From contig CALLMM010000005.1 of assembly GCA_938005745.1 (NCBI GenBank), positions 33,895-97,894 on the forward strand: a DNA stretch of 64,000 nucleotides, given 5' to 3'. Source of the DNA: an uncultured Chthonomonadales bacterium (GTDB lineage Bacteria > Armatimonadota > Chthonomonadetes > Chthonomonadales > CAJBBX01). The notes below the pieces were generated by a model. The model was given only the letters and a program-made list of their open reading frames with translations. It searched no databases and was not told the DNA's origin. The position numbers and the translations under genes are program-made. Of this stretch, positions 1 to 9,149 are shown piece after piece (the stretch's first letter is position 1; each line of letters begins with the position of its first letter).

Positions 1-38
1 TCCCGTTCCGAACTTCGCCTCCCGCTCCGCACCGGGTT

Positions 39-62
39 CTCCTGCGGGGCAGGAGGCTTTTT
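39..62 (+). terminator. Rho-independent terminator of a gene lying upstream of the window
   Basis: Hairpin CTCCTGC-GGG-GCAGGAG followed by GCTTTTT. Confidence 0.5.
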
Positions 63-131
63 GACGCCTGTCGAACCCCGTGACAATGGAGCCGCCAGAA
101 GGCTCCCTGCACTGTCTGCGAGGTAAGAACT

Positions 132-2672
132 ATGAGCGGCTCTCTGAGCCTCAACGGAACCTGGGACCTCCTCTTTGAGGAGCGCGCCCCGGAATACTAT
201 ACCGTCCCTCATCTGCGCGGCTGCCGCCCGCTGTCGGTCAATGTGCCCGCCCCGATCCATACGGAACTGGCGCGTCTGGGGCTGCTGGACGATCCCTACT
301 ACGGCATCAACGCGCTCAAAGCCCGATGGGTCGAGGAGCAGTTCTGGATCTACCGCCGCGATCTGCAGGCGCCGGCGGAAGCCGCCGCGCAGCACGCCTG
401 GCTGGTCTTCGACTGCCTGGAGCTGCACGCAACGGTCTGGCTAAACGGAGAGAAGGTAGGAACACATGCCAACGCCCATCGCCCCGCCCGCTTCCCGGTA
501 ACCGGTCTGCTGAAAGAGGGCGAAAACCGGCTGGTTGTACTGGTCGAGAGCGGTCTGCACGCCACGATAGACCGCAACCCGCACGAGTACGGTCCCGGCG
601 ACTGGCACTTCCTGATGACCAATCGCGTCTGGCATCGGCATCCGCAGTATCAGGCGGGCTGGGACTGGAACCCGCGCCTGCAAAATGTCGGGATACTGGG
701 CGATGTGCGGCTGGAGTGGAGCCGCGTTCCCCGGCTGGATCAGGTCGCTCTCTTTGCCGTTCCCTCTCCCGATCTCTCCCGCGCCGTCTTCACCGTCCGC
801 GCTTTTGTGGAGAACCCGCGCTCTGAACCGGCGCAGGGGACCCTGCATGCCGCCCTGATCGCCCCGGATGGAACGCGGCGCGCGCAGTCCAAAACGGTTA
901 CCCTGCCTCCAGGCGAAAGCCGGCAGGAGATCGTCTTCCTACAAAAGGAGAAGCCGCGCCTGTGGTGGCCCGTCGGGCACGGCGAACAGCCTCTCTATAC
1001 GGTGGAGGTCGCGCTAGAGACGGAGGGAGAGACGCAGTCCCTGTCGCGCAGAACCGGCGTACGCAGGGTGGAGATGGATCAGTCGCCGCATCCGGTCGAG
1101 GGGCGTTACTGCATTCTGAAGATCAACAACCGACCGGTCTTCTGCAAAGGCGGAAACTGGGTTCCCGCAGACATGCTCTACAGCCGCGTTACGCCGGAAC
1201 GCACCCGCGAACTGGTTCGACTGGCGCTGGAGGCAAACTTCAATACGCTGCGCATCTGGGGAGGCGGTCTCTATGCGGACAGGGCGCTGTGCGACGCCTG
1301 CGACGAGTCCGGGATCCTGATCTGGCACGACCTCCTCTTTGCATGCGGAAAGTATCCCGGCGACGACCCGGCTTTCTCCGCAGAAGTGCGTCGGGAGGCG
1401 GCGTATGCAGTGCGAGAGCGAGCCTGTCATCCTTCGCTGGCGGTCTGGTGCGGCAACAACGAGATCGAGTGGGGCGACTGGCACTGGGGATACGACGATC
1501 GGGCGCGCACCCATCCGCACTACGCCCTCTTCCATCACGATCTGCCGAAGATCGTTCTGGAGGAGGATCCCTCGAAACTCTACTGGATCAGCTCCCCTTG
1601 GTCGCCCGACTTCCGGCATCCCAACGATCCGACCGTCGGCGATCAGCATCCCTGGAACGTCTCCATCCTGACGGCGGGCGGCGCGGATTTCTGGGAGTAC
1701 CGCCGCTATGTAGACCGCTTCCCCAATGAAGGGGGCGTGCTGGGAGCCTCCTCCCCGGCGACCCTGCGGCAGTTTCTGCCGGAAGGGGAGCGCGTCCTGT
1801 TTTCGCCCTCCTGGGTTCATCACGACAACCCGCTCGCGCTGCAGGACGGCGTGCCCGGAGAGATGGGACACGCCTATCAGACTGTCCGCCTCTGGACCGG
1901 GTTCGATCCGATGGAGATGGACTGGGAGGAGTACGCCTTCCTGAGCGCGCTGCTGCACAGCGAGGGGCTGCAGGAGTATATTGCCAACTACCGGCGGCGC
2001 ATGTTCAGCAGCGCGTCCGCCATCTTCTGGATGTACAACGACTCCTGGCCCGTCACGCACGGCTGGACCATCGTGGACTACTACCTTCGCAAGAAGCTCT
2101 CCTACCATCCTGTGCGCCGCGCCTTCGCGCCGATCACGGTCGTGGTGGCAGAGGAGGACGGGCAGATCCTCGTCTTCGGCGTCAACGACAGCCCGAAAAG
2201 CTGGAGCGGCGATCTGCGCTGCGGACTTTTTGGGACCGCCGGACGCCTCTACGAGACGCAGGAGTGTGCGGTGAGACTTCCCGCCAACGCCTCCACGCCC
2301 CTCGCACAGATCTCCCGCGCTGCATGGGACGCGCTGGGGGTAACGCGCGCCGGGGCGTTCGCGCAGCTTCTTCGACGGGACGTTCCGGTCGCGCAGCATC
2401 GGATGCTGCGCGCGCGGTTCGGCGAACTAGAGTGGACGGAGCCGCAGATCGCCTGCGAGGTCGCGCGGGGACAGCTTACCCTGCGCTCCGAAGCCTTCGT
2501 CTGGGGCGTCTGCCTGGATGTGGACGGAGAGGCGAACTATCCGGATAACGCCTTCGACCTGCTGCCGGGTCTGCCCTGTACAATCCCCTGGCGCGCCGGC
2601 TGGGGCATGCCGAAGATCGTGCAGACCGGCAATCGGGCGATGTTGAGAGAGCGAAGAGCCGCCGGAACATAG
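132..2672 (+). CDS. Glycoside hydrolase family 2, beta-mannosidase-like
   Basis: 846-aa ORF. N-terminus LNGTWDL and LWWPVGHGEQPLY are typical of GH2 beta-mannosidases, followed by a TIM-barrel region (NTLRIWGGG, WCGNNE). All overlapping ORFs are shorter shadows. Confidence 0.85.
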   Translation: MSGSLSLNGTWDLLFEERAPEYYTVPHLRGCRPLSVNVPAPIHTELARLGLLDDPYYGINALKARWVEEQFWIYRRDLQAPAEAAAQHAWLVFDCLELHATVWLNGEKVGTHANAHRPARFPVTGLLKEGENRLVVLVESGLHATIDRNPHEYGPGDWHFLMTNRVWHRHPQYQAGWDWNPRLQNVGILGDVRLEWSRVPRLDQVALFAVPSPDLSRAVFTVRAFVENPRSEPAQGTLHAALIAPDGTRRAQSKTVTLPPGESRQEIVFLQKEKPRLWWPVGHGEQPLYTVEVALETEGETQSLSRRTGVRRVEMDQSPHPVEGRYCILKINNRPVFCKGGNWVPADMLYSRVTPERTRELVRLALEANFNTLRIWGGGLYADRALCDACDESGILIWHDLLFACGKYPGDDPAFSAEVRREAAYAVRERACHPSLAVWCGNNEIEWGDWHWGYDDRARTHPHYALFHHDLPKIVLEEDPSKLYWISSPWSPDFRHPNDPTVGDQHPWNVSILTAGGADFWEYRRYVDRFPNEGGVLGASSPATLRQFLPEGERVLFSPSWVHHDNPLALQDGVPGEMGHAYQTVRLWTGFDPMEMDWEEYAFLSALLHSEGLQEYIANYRRRMFSSASAIFWMYNDSWPVTHGWTIVDYYLRKKLSYHPVRRAFAPITVVVAEEDGQILVFGVNDSPKSWSGDLRCGLFGTAGRLYETQECAVRLPANASTPLAQISRAAWDALGVTRAGAFAQLLRRDVPVAQHRMLRARFGELEWTEPQIACEVARGQLTLRSEAFVWGVCLDVDGEANYPDNAFDLLPGLPCTIPWRAGWGMPKIVQTGNRAMLRERRAAGT

Positions 2673-2723
2673 CGCTCAAACGGAGTATCGGCGAAGGGGC
2701 GTTGGGAGTAGAGGAGACAGACT

Positions 2724-3944
2724 ATGAGAGGTTCCGTGTGTTTCCGTGTAGCAGTGACTGTCCTTCTCGGTCTGTTGTGCGCCATGTCGCAAGCGCAGCA
2801 GCTGCCTGAAGAAATCTCCGGCCAGAGGTTTCAGTTCAGGTATGAGGTTGGACGCCCGTTCCGCTACGCGATTGGGATGAGGGTCCGCCTGGATATGCAC
2901 ACGAAAGCCGGAGCCGAAGACCAGAATATGAAGATGCTCCTCGACACGCGCTATACCGTCTCTCTGACGCCCCGTTCCGAGCCGAAACAGGGGATCACCC
3001 CCGTGCGGATCGAGCCTTCCGGGATCGAAGGGGACTGGGATGTTCACAGCCCTGGCGGGCATCTCGTCGTCACTCTGCGCGGCGGGGAGATAAGGGGGAC
3101 GCATAACGGATTAATCGTTATGGATACGGCGAAAGGGGTCGGCAGAGAGCAGGCGCAGGAGTTGAAAAAGGAGCTGTTGCTTCTCACCAAGAGCGGGATG
3201 GCGGATCTGGACACTCGGGGCAACGTGAAGCAGTTTCGCGGCGATCCGGACTTCGTTCGGTTCTGGAATGAGATGCTGGAGAACCAGACGGGTCTGTTTG
3301 GTGTGATCTTCCCCGTCAAAGCTGTCGCCGTCGGCGATTCTTGGATGGAAGCCGTTACGGTCAGGAAGATGGGAGAGATGCGGCTAGAGGGGGAGGGGAT
3401 ACGCGTGGAGGCGGTATTCACGCGCCAGCCGGATGAGACGGTGCAGGACAGGCGTCTAGCGGTATTTCGCTGTTCGGCTCCCCTCAAACACAGAGAAATC
3501 GCGGGCAGCATGGCGTGGGCGGGGAGAAAGATATCCGTGAAGCTGCTGGAGTTAGATCAGCAGGCGACCGGCGTGATGAAGTATGACTTCGCGAGGGGAC
3601 TGATCTCGGAAGCCTCCGTGCAGTCGGATCGGGCGGCGACAGTGGAGCTGTCCGTTCCGGGACAGTCGCTGGCGGTGGAGATGAAAGTCCGTATGGAGAT
3701 CCGCTGGAGACTGATTCCTGACGGACCGGAGGCGCCGCCGCTGTCGTCGAAGGCGCAGGAGAGCCGGCTTCAGTCCCGACTATCCGGCGCGTTCATGCGC
3801 GCGGCGAGAAACCGGGCAGAACGCTGCAGCTCCTCGATCCCGTTCACGCCGTCCTCGATGGAGACCCAGCCGTCAAAGCCGACCCCGCGCAGGATGCGAA
3901 AGATCGCGTCAAAGTCGTTCATGCCTGTTCCGATCTCGCCGTGA
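2724..3944 (+). CDS. Hypothetical secreted protein
   Basis: Signal-peptide-like N-terminus (VAVTVLLGLLCAMSQAQQ). No recognisable family. The last ~175 nt overlap the convergent gene 3770..4654 and have shadow-like composition, so the true C-terminus is uncertain. Confidence 0.55.
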   Translation: MRGSVCFRVAVTVLLGLLCAMSQAQQLPEEISGQRFQFRYEVGRPFRYAIGMRVRLDMHTKAGAEDQNMKMLLDTRYTVSLTPRSEPKQGITPVRIEPSGIEGDWDVHSPGGHLVVTLRGGEIRGTHNGLIVMDTAKGVGREQAQELKKELLLLTKSGMADLDTRGNVKQFRGDPDFVRFWNEMLENQTGLFGVIFPVKAVAVGDSWMEAVTVRKMGEMRLEGEGIRVEAVFTRQPDETVQDRRLAVFRCSAPLKHREIAGSMAWAGRKISVKLLELDQQATGVMKYDFARGLISEASVQSDRAATVELSVPGQSLAVEMKVRMEIRWRLIPDGPEAPPLSSKAQESRLQSRLSGAFMRAARNRAERCSSSIPFTPSSMETQPSKPTPRRMRKIASKSFMPVPISP

Positions 3945-4654
3945 ATGAGCTGCGCGTAGTCCGTGACGCCCTCCGGTCCGAGGGTGATGCCGGGGCGCGG
4001 TCTGCGGTCGGAGGCGTGCATGCTGACCACGCGCCGCTTGACCCGCTCCAGCAGCTCCAGCGGGTCTTCATTGGCGAGGAGCGTATTGGAGGGATCGTAG
4101 TTCACGCCGAACCAGGGGCTTTCGATCCGCTCCACGATGGCGCAGAAGAGCCGCATCTTCTGCGCGAACTCGGGGTAGGTCCAGTAGTTGTCCTTGAAGT
4201 GGTTCTCCATCGCGAGGATGATCCCGCGCCCTGTGGCATACGGCAGCAGCGCCTCGATGCACGCGACCACCCACTCCACCCCCTGCTCCTCCGACACCTC
4301 CGGGCGACGCTGTCCGGAGAGAACCCGGCAGGTCCGCGCGCCGAAGTATGCCGCCGTCTCGATATGCCGGCGGTACCGCGCGATCTCCTCCGCGCGCTGC
4401 GCCGGGTCGGGATGCGTGAAGTCAGGGGAGGCGCAGTACATCGGCATGGCGAAGCCGGCGGTTTGCAGCGCGTCCTTCACCCGCGCCAGATAGTCCGGCT
4501 CGAGACGCTCCAGAAAGCCGGGATAGAACTCCAGACCCGTCACGCCGAACGGCTTCAGCTCCCGCTCCGCCAGCGCAATCCAGTCGAAGACGGTCATCGT
4601 CCGGCGCACGCACAGCTCGTCCATGTAGCATTTGGGGAAGGCAGCCAGTTTCAT
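3770..4654 (-). CDS. Sugar phosphate isomerase/epimerase (xylose isomerase-like TIM barrel)
   Basis: Start trimmed to MKLAAFPK (ATG at 4654-4652), which overlaps the sulfatase stop as ATGA. Typical family pattern (GLEFYPGF, ILAMENH, WVSIEDG). Confidence 0.8.
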   Translation of the reverse strand: MKLAAFPKCYMDELCVRRTMTVFDWIALAERELKPFGVTGLEFYPGFLERLEPDYLARVKDALQTAGFAMPMYCASPDFTHPDPAQRAEEIARYRRHIETAAYFGARTCRVLSGQRRPEVSEEQGVEWVVACIEALLPYATGRGIILAMENHFKDNYWTYPEFAQKMRLFCAIVERIESPWFGVNYDPSNTLLANEDPLELLERVKRRVVSMHASDRRPRPGITLGPEGVTDYAQLIHGEIGTGMNDFDAIFRILRGVGFDGWVSIEDGVNGIEELQRSARFLAARMNAPDSRD

Positions 4655-6057
4655 CGGTTTCGCCTCTGCGCCGCCTGAACGGCTTCCCGCATCTGCCGCT
4701 CGCGCTCTTCCCACGCCTCCGTCAGTCCCAGATGCGCCAGCATCTCGCCTCCGGGCAGGAAGGGATCCTGCAGGCGGGTCAGCCAGCCGGTCAGCTGTTC
4801 TGCGAGGCTCTCCTGAATCGTCCGGGCTTCCGGCAGTCCGCAGAGATTTCGCATCTGATAGGGGTCTTCATGATGGTCGAAGAGCAGCCAGGGCGACCTG
4901 CCGGGCTGCTCCACATAGGTGAACCGATCCGTTCTCACGCCGCGCCACTCCGGCATACCCTGCATCGTCGCCTCGTCACATGCCAGATAGTTTGCCAGAA
5001 AGACCGACCCCGGCTGCGGGGCGTCCGGTTCGCCGCGCAGCGCGGCGGAGAGATCGCGTCCCGGCAGATCGGGCATCCCGCTCCAGCGCAGCAGTCCGGC
5101 AAGTGTGGGCAGGATATCTATGGTTCCCATCAGGACGGGCGACACGCCTCCCGCCGGGACGACTCCGGGCAGTCGGATCAGGAAGGGGACATTCACCGAC
5201 TCTTCGTAGGGCGACTGCTTCTTCATCCAGCCGTGCGACCAGAGCATGTCGCCGTGGTCGGAGGTGAAAATAACGAAGGTGTTCTGCGTTAACTGCAGTG
5301 ACTCGAGTGTCTCGAGCAGCCGCGCCATCTGCTCGTCCAGCGCGGTGATCGCGGCGTAGTAGTCCGCCAGCGTGCCCCGGCACTCCAGATGCCGCGCCAG
5401 CGGATTGGGGGCGTCCGGCTGCATATTGGGGCGCAGGGTGAGGGAAGCCGGGTCGTACAGGGCGCGACAGGAGTCGGGAACCAGATGGTAGGGATCGTGC
5501 GGCGGTCCCCAGGAGAGAACCAGACAGAACGGCTCCGGTCGTTTCGCCTGCTCCTGCAGGAACGCGATCGCCAGATCGGTCTGTACCTGCGGCTCATAGC
5601 CTTCGGCGGTGCGAAGATCGGGCGTATCCTCAAACCAGCGGGGGCGAAAGTAGTCGTGCGCGCAGTTGTACGCCGCCCAGAACTCGAACCCCAGACGGCG
5701 CGGACCGGGGGGCGTGAAACGGTCGCGGGGCAACCCGTCCAGGTGCCACTTGCCGATATAGCCGGTGCGATAGCCGTTGTTGCGGGCAAGCGTGCCGAGA
5801 GAGGGCAGGTCGGTGCGAACCGGGAGGTCGTTGCCGGGAACCCGGTTAACAGGAGGATAGGTTCCGGTCAGCAGGACGGCGCGGTTGGGACAGCAGACCG
5901 GCGAGGTCGCGCAGCAGCGTGTCAGGCGCATGCCTTCGGACGCCAGGCGATCCAGGGTCGGCGTGAGGACTTCGCGATTGCCGGCGCAGCCCATATCCTG
6001 CCCGCGCATCTGATCCGCAAAGACAAACAGCAGGTTCGGGCGGCTGCTCAGACTCAT
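4651..6057 (-). CDS. Sulfatase (formylglycine-dependent arylsulfatase family)
   Basis: Start trimmed to MSLSSRPNLLFVFADQ (ATG 6057-6055, GGAGGAGAG Shine-Dalgarno upstream). Sulfatase signature CCPNR within SPVCCPNRAVLLTG. The longer N-terminal extension in the track runs into the tmRNA promoter. Confidence 0.88.
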   Translation of the reverse strand: MSLSSRPNLLFVFADQMRGQDMGCAGNREVLTPTLDRLASEGMRLTRCCATSPVCCPNRAVLLTGTYPPVNRVPGNDLPVRTDLPSLGTLARNNGYRTGYIGKWHLDGLPRDRFTPPGPRRLGFEFWAAYNCAHDYFRPRWFEDTPDLRTAEGYEPQVQTDLAIAFLQEQAKRPEPFCLVLSWGPPHDPYHLVPDSCRALYDPASLTLRPNMQPDAPNPLARHLECRGTLADYYAAITALDEQMARLLETLESLQLTQNTFVIFTSDHGDMLWSHGWMKKQSPYEESVNVPFLIRLPGVVPAGGVSPVLMGTIDILPTLAGLLRWSGMPDLPGRDLSAALRGEPDAPQPGSVFLANYLACDEATMQGMPEWRGVRTDRFTYVEQPGRSPWLLFDHHEDPYQMRNLCGLPEARTIQESLAEQLTGWLTRLQDPFLPGGEMLAHLGLTEAWEERERQMREAVQAAQRRNR

Positions 6058-6127
6058 CTTCTCTCCTCCGGTCGGGGAGCTTCCGACAGAACTGGCAACA
6101 GATGTCAACGCATGCGGCGTCCGCCTC

Positions 6128-6156
6128 TTGACAAAACGGAGGTTCTCCCCTATAAT
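6128..6156 (+). promoter_or_regulatory. Consensus sigma-70 promoter of ssrA
   Basis: TTGACA (6128-6133), 17-nt spacer, TATAAT (6151-6156), about 11 nt upstream of the tmRNA 5' end. Confidence 0.7.
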
Positions 6157-6167
6157 AGAGCTGTCAC

Positions 6168-6520
6168 GGGGGTGATTGGAGTCGACTCGGGCGATGACAT
6201 CTCTGGTGGCGAGCCGAGGCGCCGCTGGCCTCGTAAAAAGCGGCAAAACAATAAACGCGAACACCAATCAGTACGCGCTCGCTGCCTAATTAGGCAGCGC
6301 GTCCGCCCGTCTCCTGTTGGCCGAGACGACTGCGGGCGTCACCTATGCCAACTAACCTGACCGGGCGCGTCCGCCGCCCCGTCAGGGACATTCCAGCGTA
6401 ATAGTCCGGCGGTATCCTGTCTATGGGGGACGGCCGGATGAACCCAGAACATAGACTACGCTCGTAGATGCCCGGGGTGTGTCCTCGAGGACCGGGGTTC
6501 GAGTCCCCGCACCTCCACCA
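6168..6520 (+). ncRNA. ssrA: tmRNA (transfer-messenger RNA, SsrA)
   Basis: 5' GGGGGUGAUUGGAGUCGAC and 3' GGGGUUCGAGUCCCCGCACCUCCACCA form a tRNA-Ala-like acceptor stem with G3:U wobble and a T-arm. The internal tag frame ends ...GCG AAC ACC AAT CAG TAC GCG CTC GCT GCC TAA = ANTNQYALAA* (6257-6289). The stop lies in the perfect palindrome GCTGCCTAATTAGGCAGC. Confidence 0.93.
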
Positions 6521-6525
6521 TGTCC

Positions 6526-6569
6526 GAACCGCCGCCTGCGCAGGAAGCAGGCGGCGGTTCTACTCTTTT
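6526..6569. terminator. Bidirectional intrinsic terminator (ssrA / ddl)
   Basis: 14-bp stem GAACCGCCGCCTGC / GCAGGCGGCGGTTC with 7-nt loop, followed by TACTCTTTT. It lies between the convergent ssrA and ddl 3' ends. Confidence 0.7.
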
Positions 6570-7606
6570 GCCAGCGCGTAGGCGATCAGGCGATCCAGCA
6601 GTGCGGGGAATGGGATGCCCGCCGCCTGCGCCGCCTCCGGGAGCAGGCTGGTCGGAGTCATGCCCGGAATGGTATTCACCTCCAGCACATACGGCTGATC
6701 TGCGCGCACCATCATGTCCACTCGCGACATGCCCCGACAGCCCAGCGCCTGATGGCTGCGGATGGCGTAGTCGCGGGCAAGCGCCGCCGCCGTCTCCGAG
6801 ATACGCGCCGGGATGATGTGCGCGCTGCCCCCGGGCGCGTATTTCGCCTCGTAGTCGTAGAAGCCGCTCTTCGCCACGATCTCGATCAGCGGAAGCGCCT
6901 CCGGCTCCTCATTGCCCAACAGCCCCGCCGTGATCTCGGTCCCGCCAATATACTCCTCGATCAACGCCGTCGAGTCGTAGCGCAGCGCATCGTTCAACGC
7001 CTCCTCCAGACGATCCGGCTCGCGAACAATCGCGCATCCGATCGTGCTGCCCTCCGCGTTGGGCTTCACCACCGCCGGGAAGCCGAAGGAGCCTTCGATA
7101 CGCGCCGCCAGGTCCGCCGACTTCGGTCGCGCGGAACGGCGCACGAGGATCTCCTCCGGAACCGGTATCCCCTCGGCGCGCAGGAGCCGCTTCGCCATCG
7201 CCTTATCCATTGCCAGCGCGCTCGCCAGCACGCCGGAGCCGGTGTAGGGGATCCCAAGAAGCTCCAGCATTCCCTGAATCGTCCCGTCCTCGCCGCCTTT
7301 GCCGTGCAGCGCGATAAAGACCACATCCGGGCGCAAGCCGTCTTCAGGGATCAGCGCGGGGGAGCCGGATAACGCCGCCGGGACGAAACTGCCGAAGGCG
7401 GCGGGGTCGCTCTCCGGGAGCGGCGTCCCGCAACTGCCGGAGGAGAGCGGCGCGGTCTGCCTACCGACCAGCGCCGCCGCATCCAGCGACACGGGAAGAT
7501 ACTTCTCTCGATCCAGAGCCGCCATGATCTGCCTGCCCGTCGAGAGCGATATCTCACGTTCCGAGGAGGTTCCTCCCATCAGCACCGCGACGCGAAGCGG
7601 TTTCAC
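6560..7606 (-). CDS. ddl: D-alanine--D-alanine ligase
   Basis: 348 aa. MKPLRVAVLMGGTSSEREISLSTG N-terminus, ATP-grasp body (FIALHGKGGEDGTIQG, FPAVVKPN, EVNTIPGMT). Confidence 0.92.
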   Translation of the reverse strand: MKPLRVAVLMGGTSSEREISLSTGRQIMAALDREKYLPVSLDAAALVGRQTAPLSSGSCGTPLPESDPAAFGSFVPAALSGSPALIPEDGLRPDVVFIALHGKGGEDGTIQGMLELLGIPYTGSGVLASALAMDKAMAKRLLRAEGIPVPEEILVRRSARPKSADLAARIEGSFGFPAVVKPNAEGSTIGCAIVREPDRLEEALNDALRYDSTALIEEYIGGTEITAGLLGNEEPEALPLIEIVAKSGFYDYEAKYAPGGSAHIIPARISETAAALARDYAIRSHQALGCRGMSRVDMMVRADQPYVLEVNTIPGMTPTSLLPEAAQAAGIPFPALLDRLIAYALAKE

Positions 7607-7610
7607 GCGC

Positions 7611-9008
7611 CTATCCCCGGATGATCGCCAGCACTTCGTCGCGCTTCTGCTCCATCATCTCCTGCGACTTCGCCTCCAGGTTCAGGCGTACTACAGGGTC
7701 GTTGGCGGAGGGACGCACGTTGAAGTGCCAGTCGGGATAGAAGACCGTGATTCCGTCGAGATAGCTGATCTCGGCGTCTTTATAGCGCTCCGCCAGCCGT
7801 TCGATCACCGCCATCGTGTCGGCGACGGTCGAGTTGATCTCGCCGGAGAGGTAGTAGTCTCCCAGACTGGCGACCAGCTGCTTGAGAGAGATGCCGCTGG
7901 AGGAGAGCATCTGCAGGATGGCGAGCAGCGGAATGTAGCCGTTATCGGCGTAGTAGTGATCGCGGAAGTAGTAGTGTCCGCTCACCTCCCCGCCGAAGAT
8001 CGCGTTCTCGCGGCGCATCGTGCGCTTGATGTAGGAGTGCCCGACCCGTTCGGTGATGGGGCGTCCGCCCAGACGGATTACCCAGTCGCGCACCGCCCAG
8101 GAGGAGCGGATATCGTAGACGATGGCGGCTCCCGGCTCTCGCTCCAGAAAATAGCGGGCGACCAGGGTGGTAACAAAATCGCCGGGAATGAACCATCCGG
8201 TCTCGTCGAGGAAGTAGACCCGATCCGCGTCGCCGTCCCACGCCACGCCGAAATCGGCTCCTTCGGCGGGGACGCGCTCGATCAGTTCATGGATATTTTC
8301 GACCTCGAAGGGGTTCGCCTCGTGATTGGGGAACCGTCCGTCCGGCTCGAAGTACATCGGCGTCAGCGAGATCTGGGGGAAGCGCGCCAGCAGCGCCTCC
8401 GCCACTACGCCCCCGACGCCGTTGCCGGCGTCCGCGATGATCCTGAACGGCTTGATCTTTGAGACATCCACAAACTGCATCAGGTGATCAATATACTCAT
8501 CGAGGATATTTTCGGTTGTGCGGGTTCCGGGGCGCGGCGCATCGGTGAACGCGCCTTTCACCACCATGTCGCGCAGCTCCTCCATCCCGGCGTCTTTTCC
8601 GATCACGTGCGCCCCGGCGCGCACCATCTTCATCCCGTTGAGTTCTTTGGTACAGTGGGAGGCGGTGATCTGCACGCCGGGGATGTTGCGTTTGCCGGAG
8701 ATATAGTAGACCATGTCGGTCGTCGTCAAGCCGATGTCCAGCACATCCACGCCCTGCGACATCAAGCCTTCTGCCAGCGCGTCCGCCCAGGCGGGACTGG
8801 AGAGCCGGGTATCGCGCCCGATGGCGACCAGCTTCTCGCCGAACAGCTGCGCCAGCCCCTTCCCGATCTCCCGCACGCCTGACGGCTCGAGAGGCGCCTG
8901 AAACGCATCCGCATCGCCAACCTTCCCGAAATAGACGCTCTCCTCGTCCACCAGTTCCGGCACGATGGCGCGTATATCATAGGTACGAAAGACCTTCGGG
9001 TCTACCAT
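7611..9008 (-). CDS. Phosphomannomutase/phosphoglucomutase (alpha-D-phosphohexomutase family)
   Basis: 465 aa. FRTYDIRA N-terminus, active-site loop ITASH, metal loop AWDGDADR, sugar-binding GGEVSGH. Confidence 0.88.
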   Translation of the reverse strand: MVDPKVFRTYDIRAIVPELVDEESVYFGKVGDADAFQAPLEPSGVREIGKGLAQLFGEKLVAIGRDTRLSSPAWADALAEGLMSQGVDVLDIGLTTTDMVYYISGKRNIPGVQITASHCTKELNGMKMVRAGAHVIGKDAGMEELRDMVVKGAFTDAPRPGTRTTENILDEYIDHLMQFVDVSKIKPFRIIADAGNGVGGVVAEALLARFPQISLTPMYFEPDGRFPNHEANPFEVENIHELIERVPAEGADFGVAWDGDADRVYFLDETGWFIPGDFVTTLVARYFLEREPGAAIVYDIRSSWAVRDWVIRLGGRPITERVGHSYIKRTMRRENAIFGGEVSGHYYFRDHYYADNGYIPLLAILQMLSSSGISLKQLVASLGDYYLSGEINSTVADTMAVIERLAERYKDAEISYLDGITVFYPDWHFNVRPSANDPVVRLNLEAKSQEMMEQKRDEVLAIIRG

Positions 9009-9149
9009 CCGCTTCTACTCCTCTGTTTCGGTCTGCGCGATCTCCGGTGAATAGTCGGGGCTGTCTCCTCATCCGGATTCGAGTCTGATTTATTAGAATA
9101 CCCTGACGAAACGGGCGGGGTCAAGCAGAAGGAATCCTGCGGCGCCTTA

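Noticed and set aside
5389-7372. + strand ORFs 5389..6360, 6479..7372 and 6520..6816
   Set aside because: They run through the sulfatase shadow, the tmRNA gene and the ddl shadow. The tmRNA assignment explains the sequence much better.
9061-9110. tRNA-like GGATTCGAG string
   Set aside because: No acceptor stem, anticodon arm or cloverleaf can be drawn. It lies in the divergent promoter region between the phosphomannomutase and ChbG/HpnK genes.
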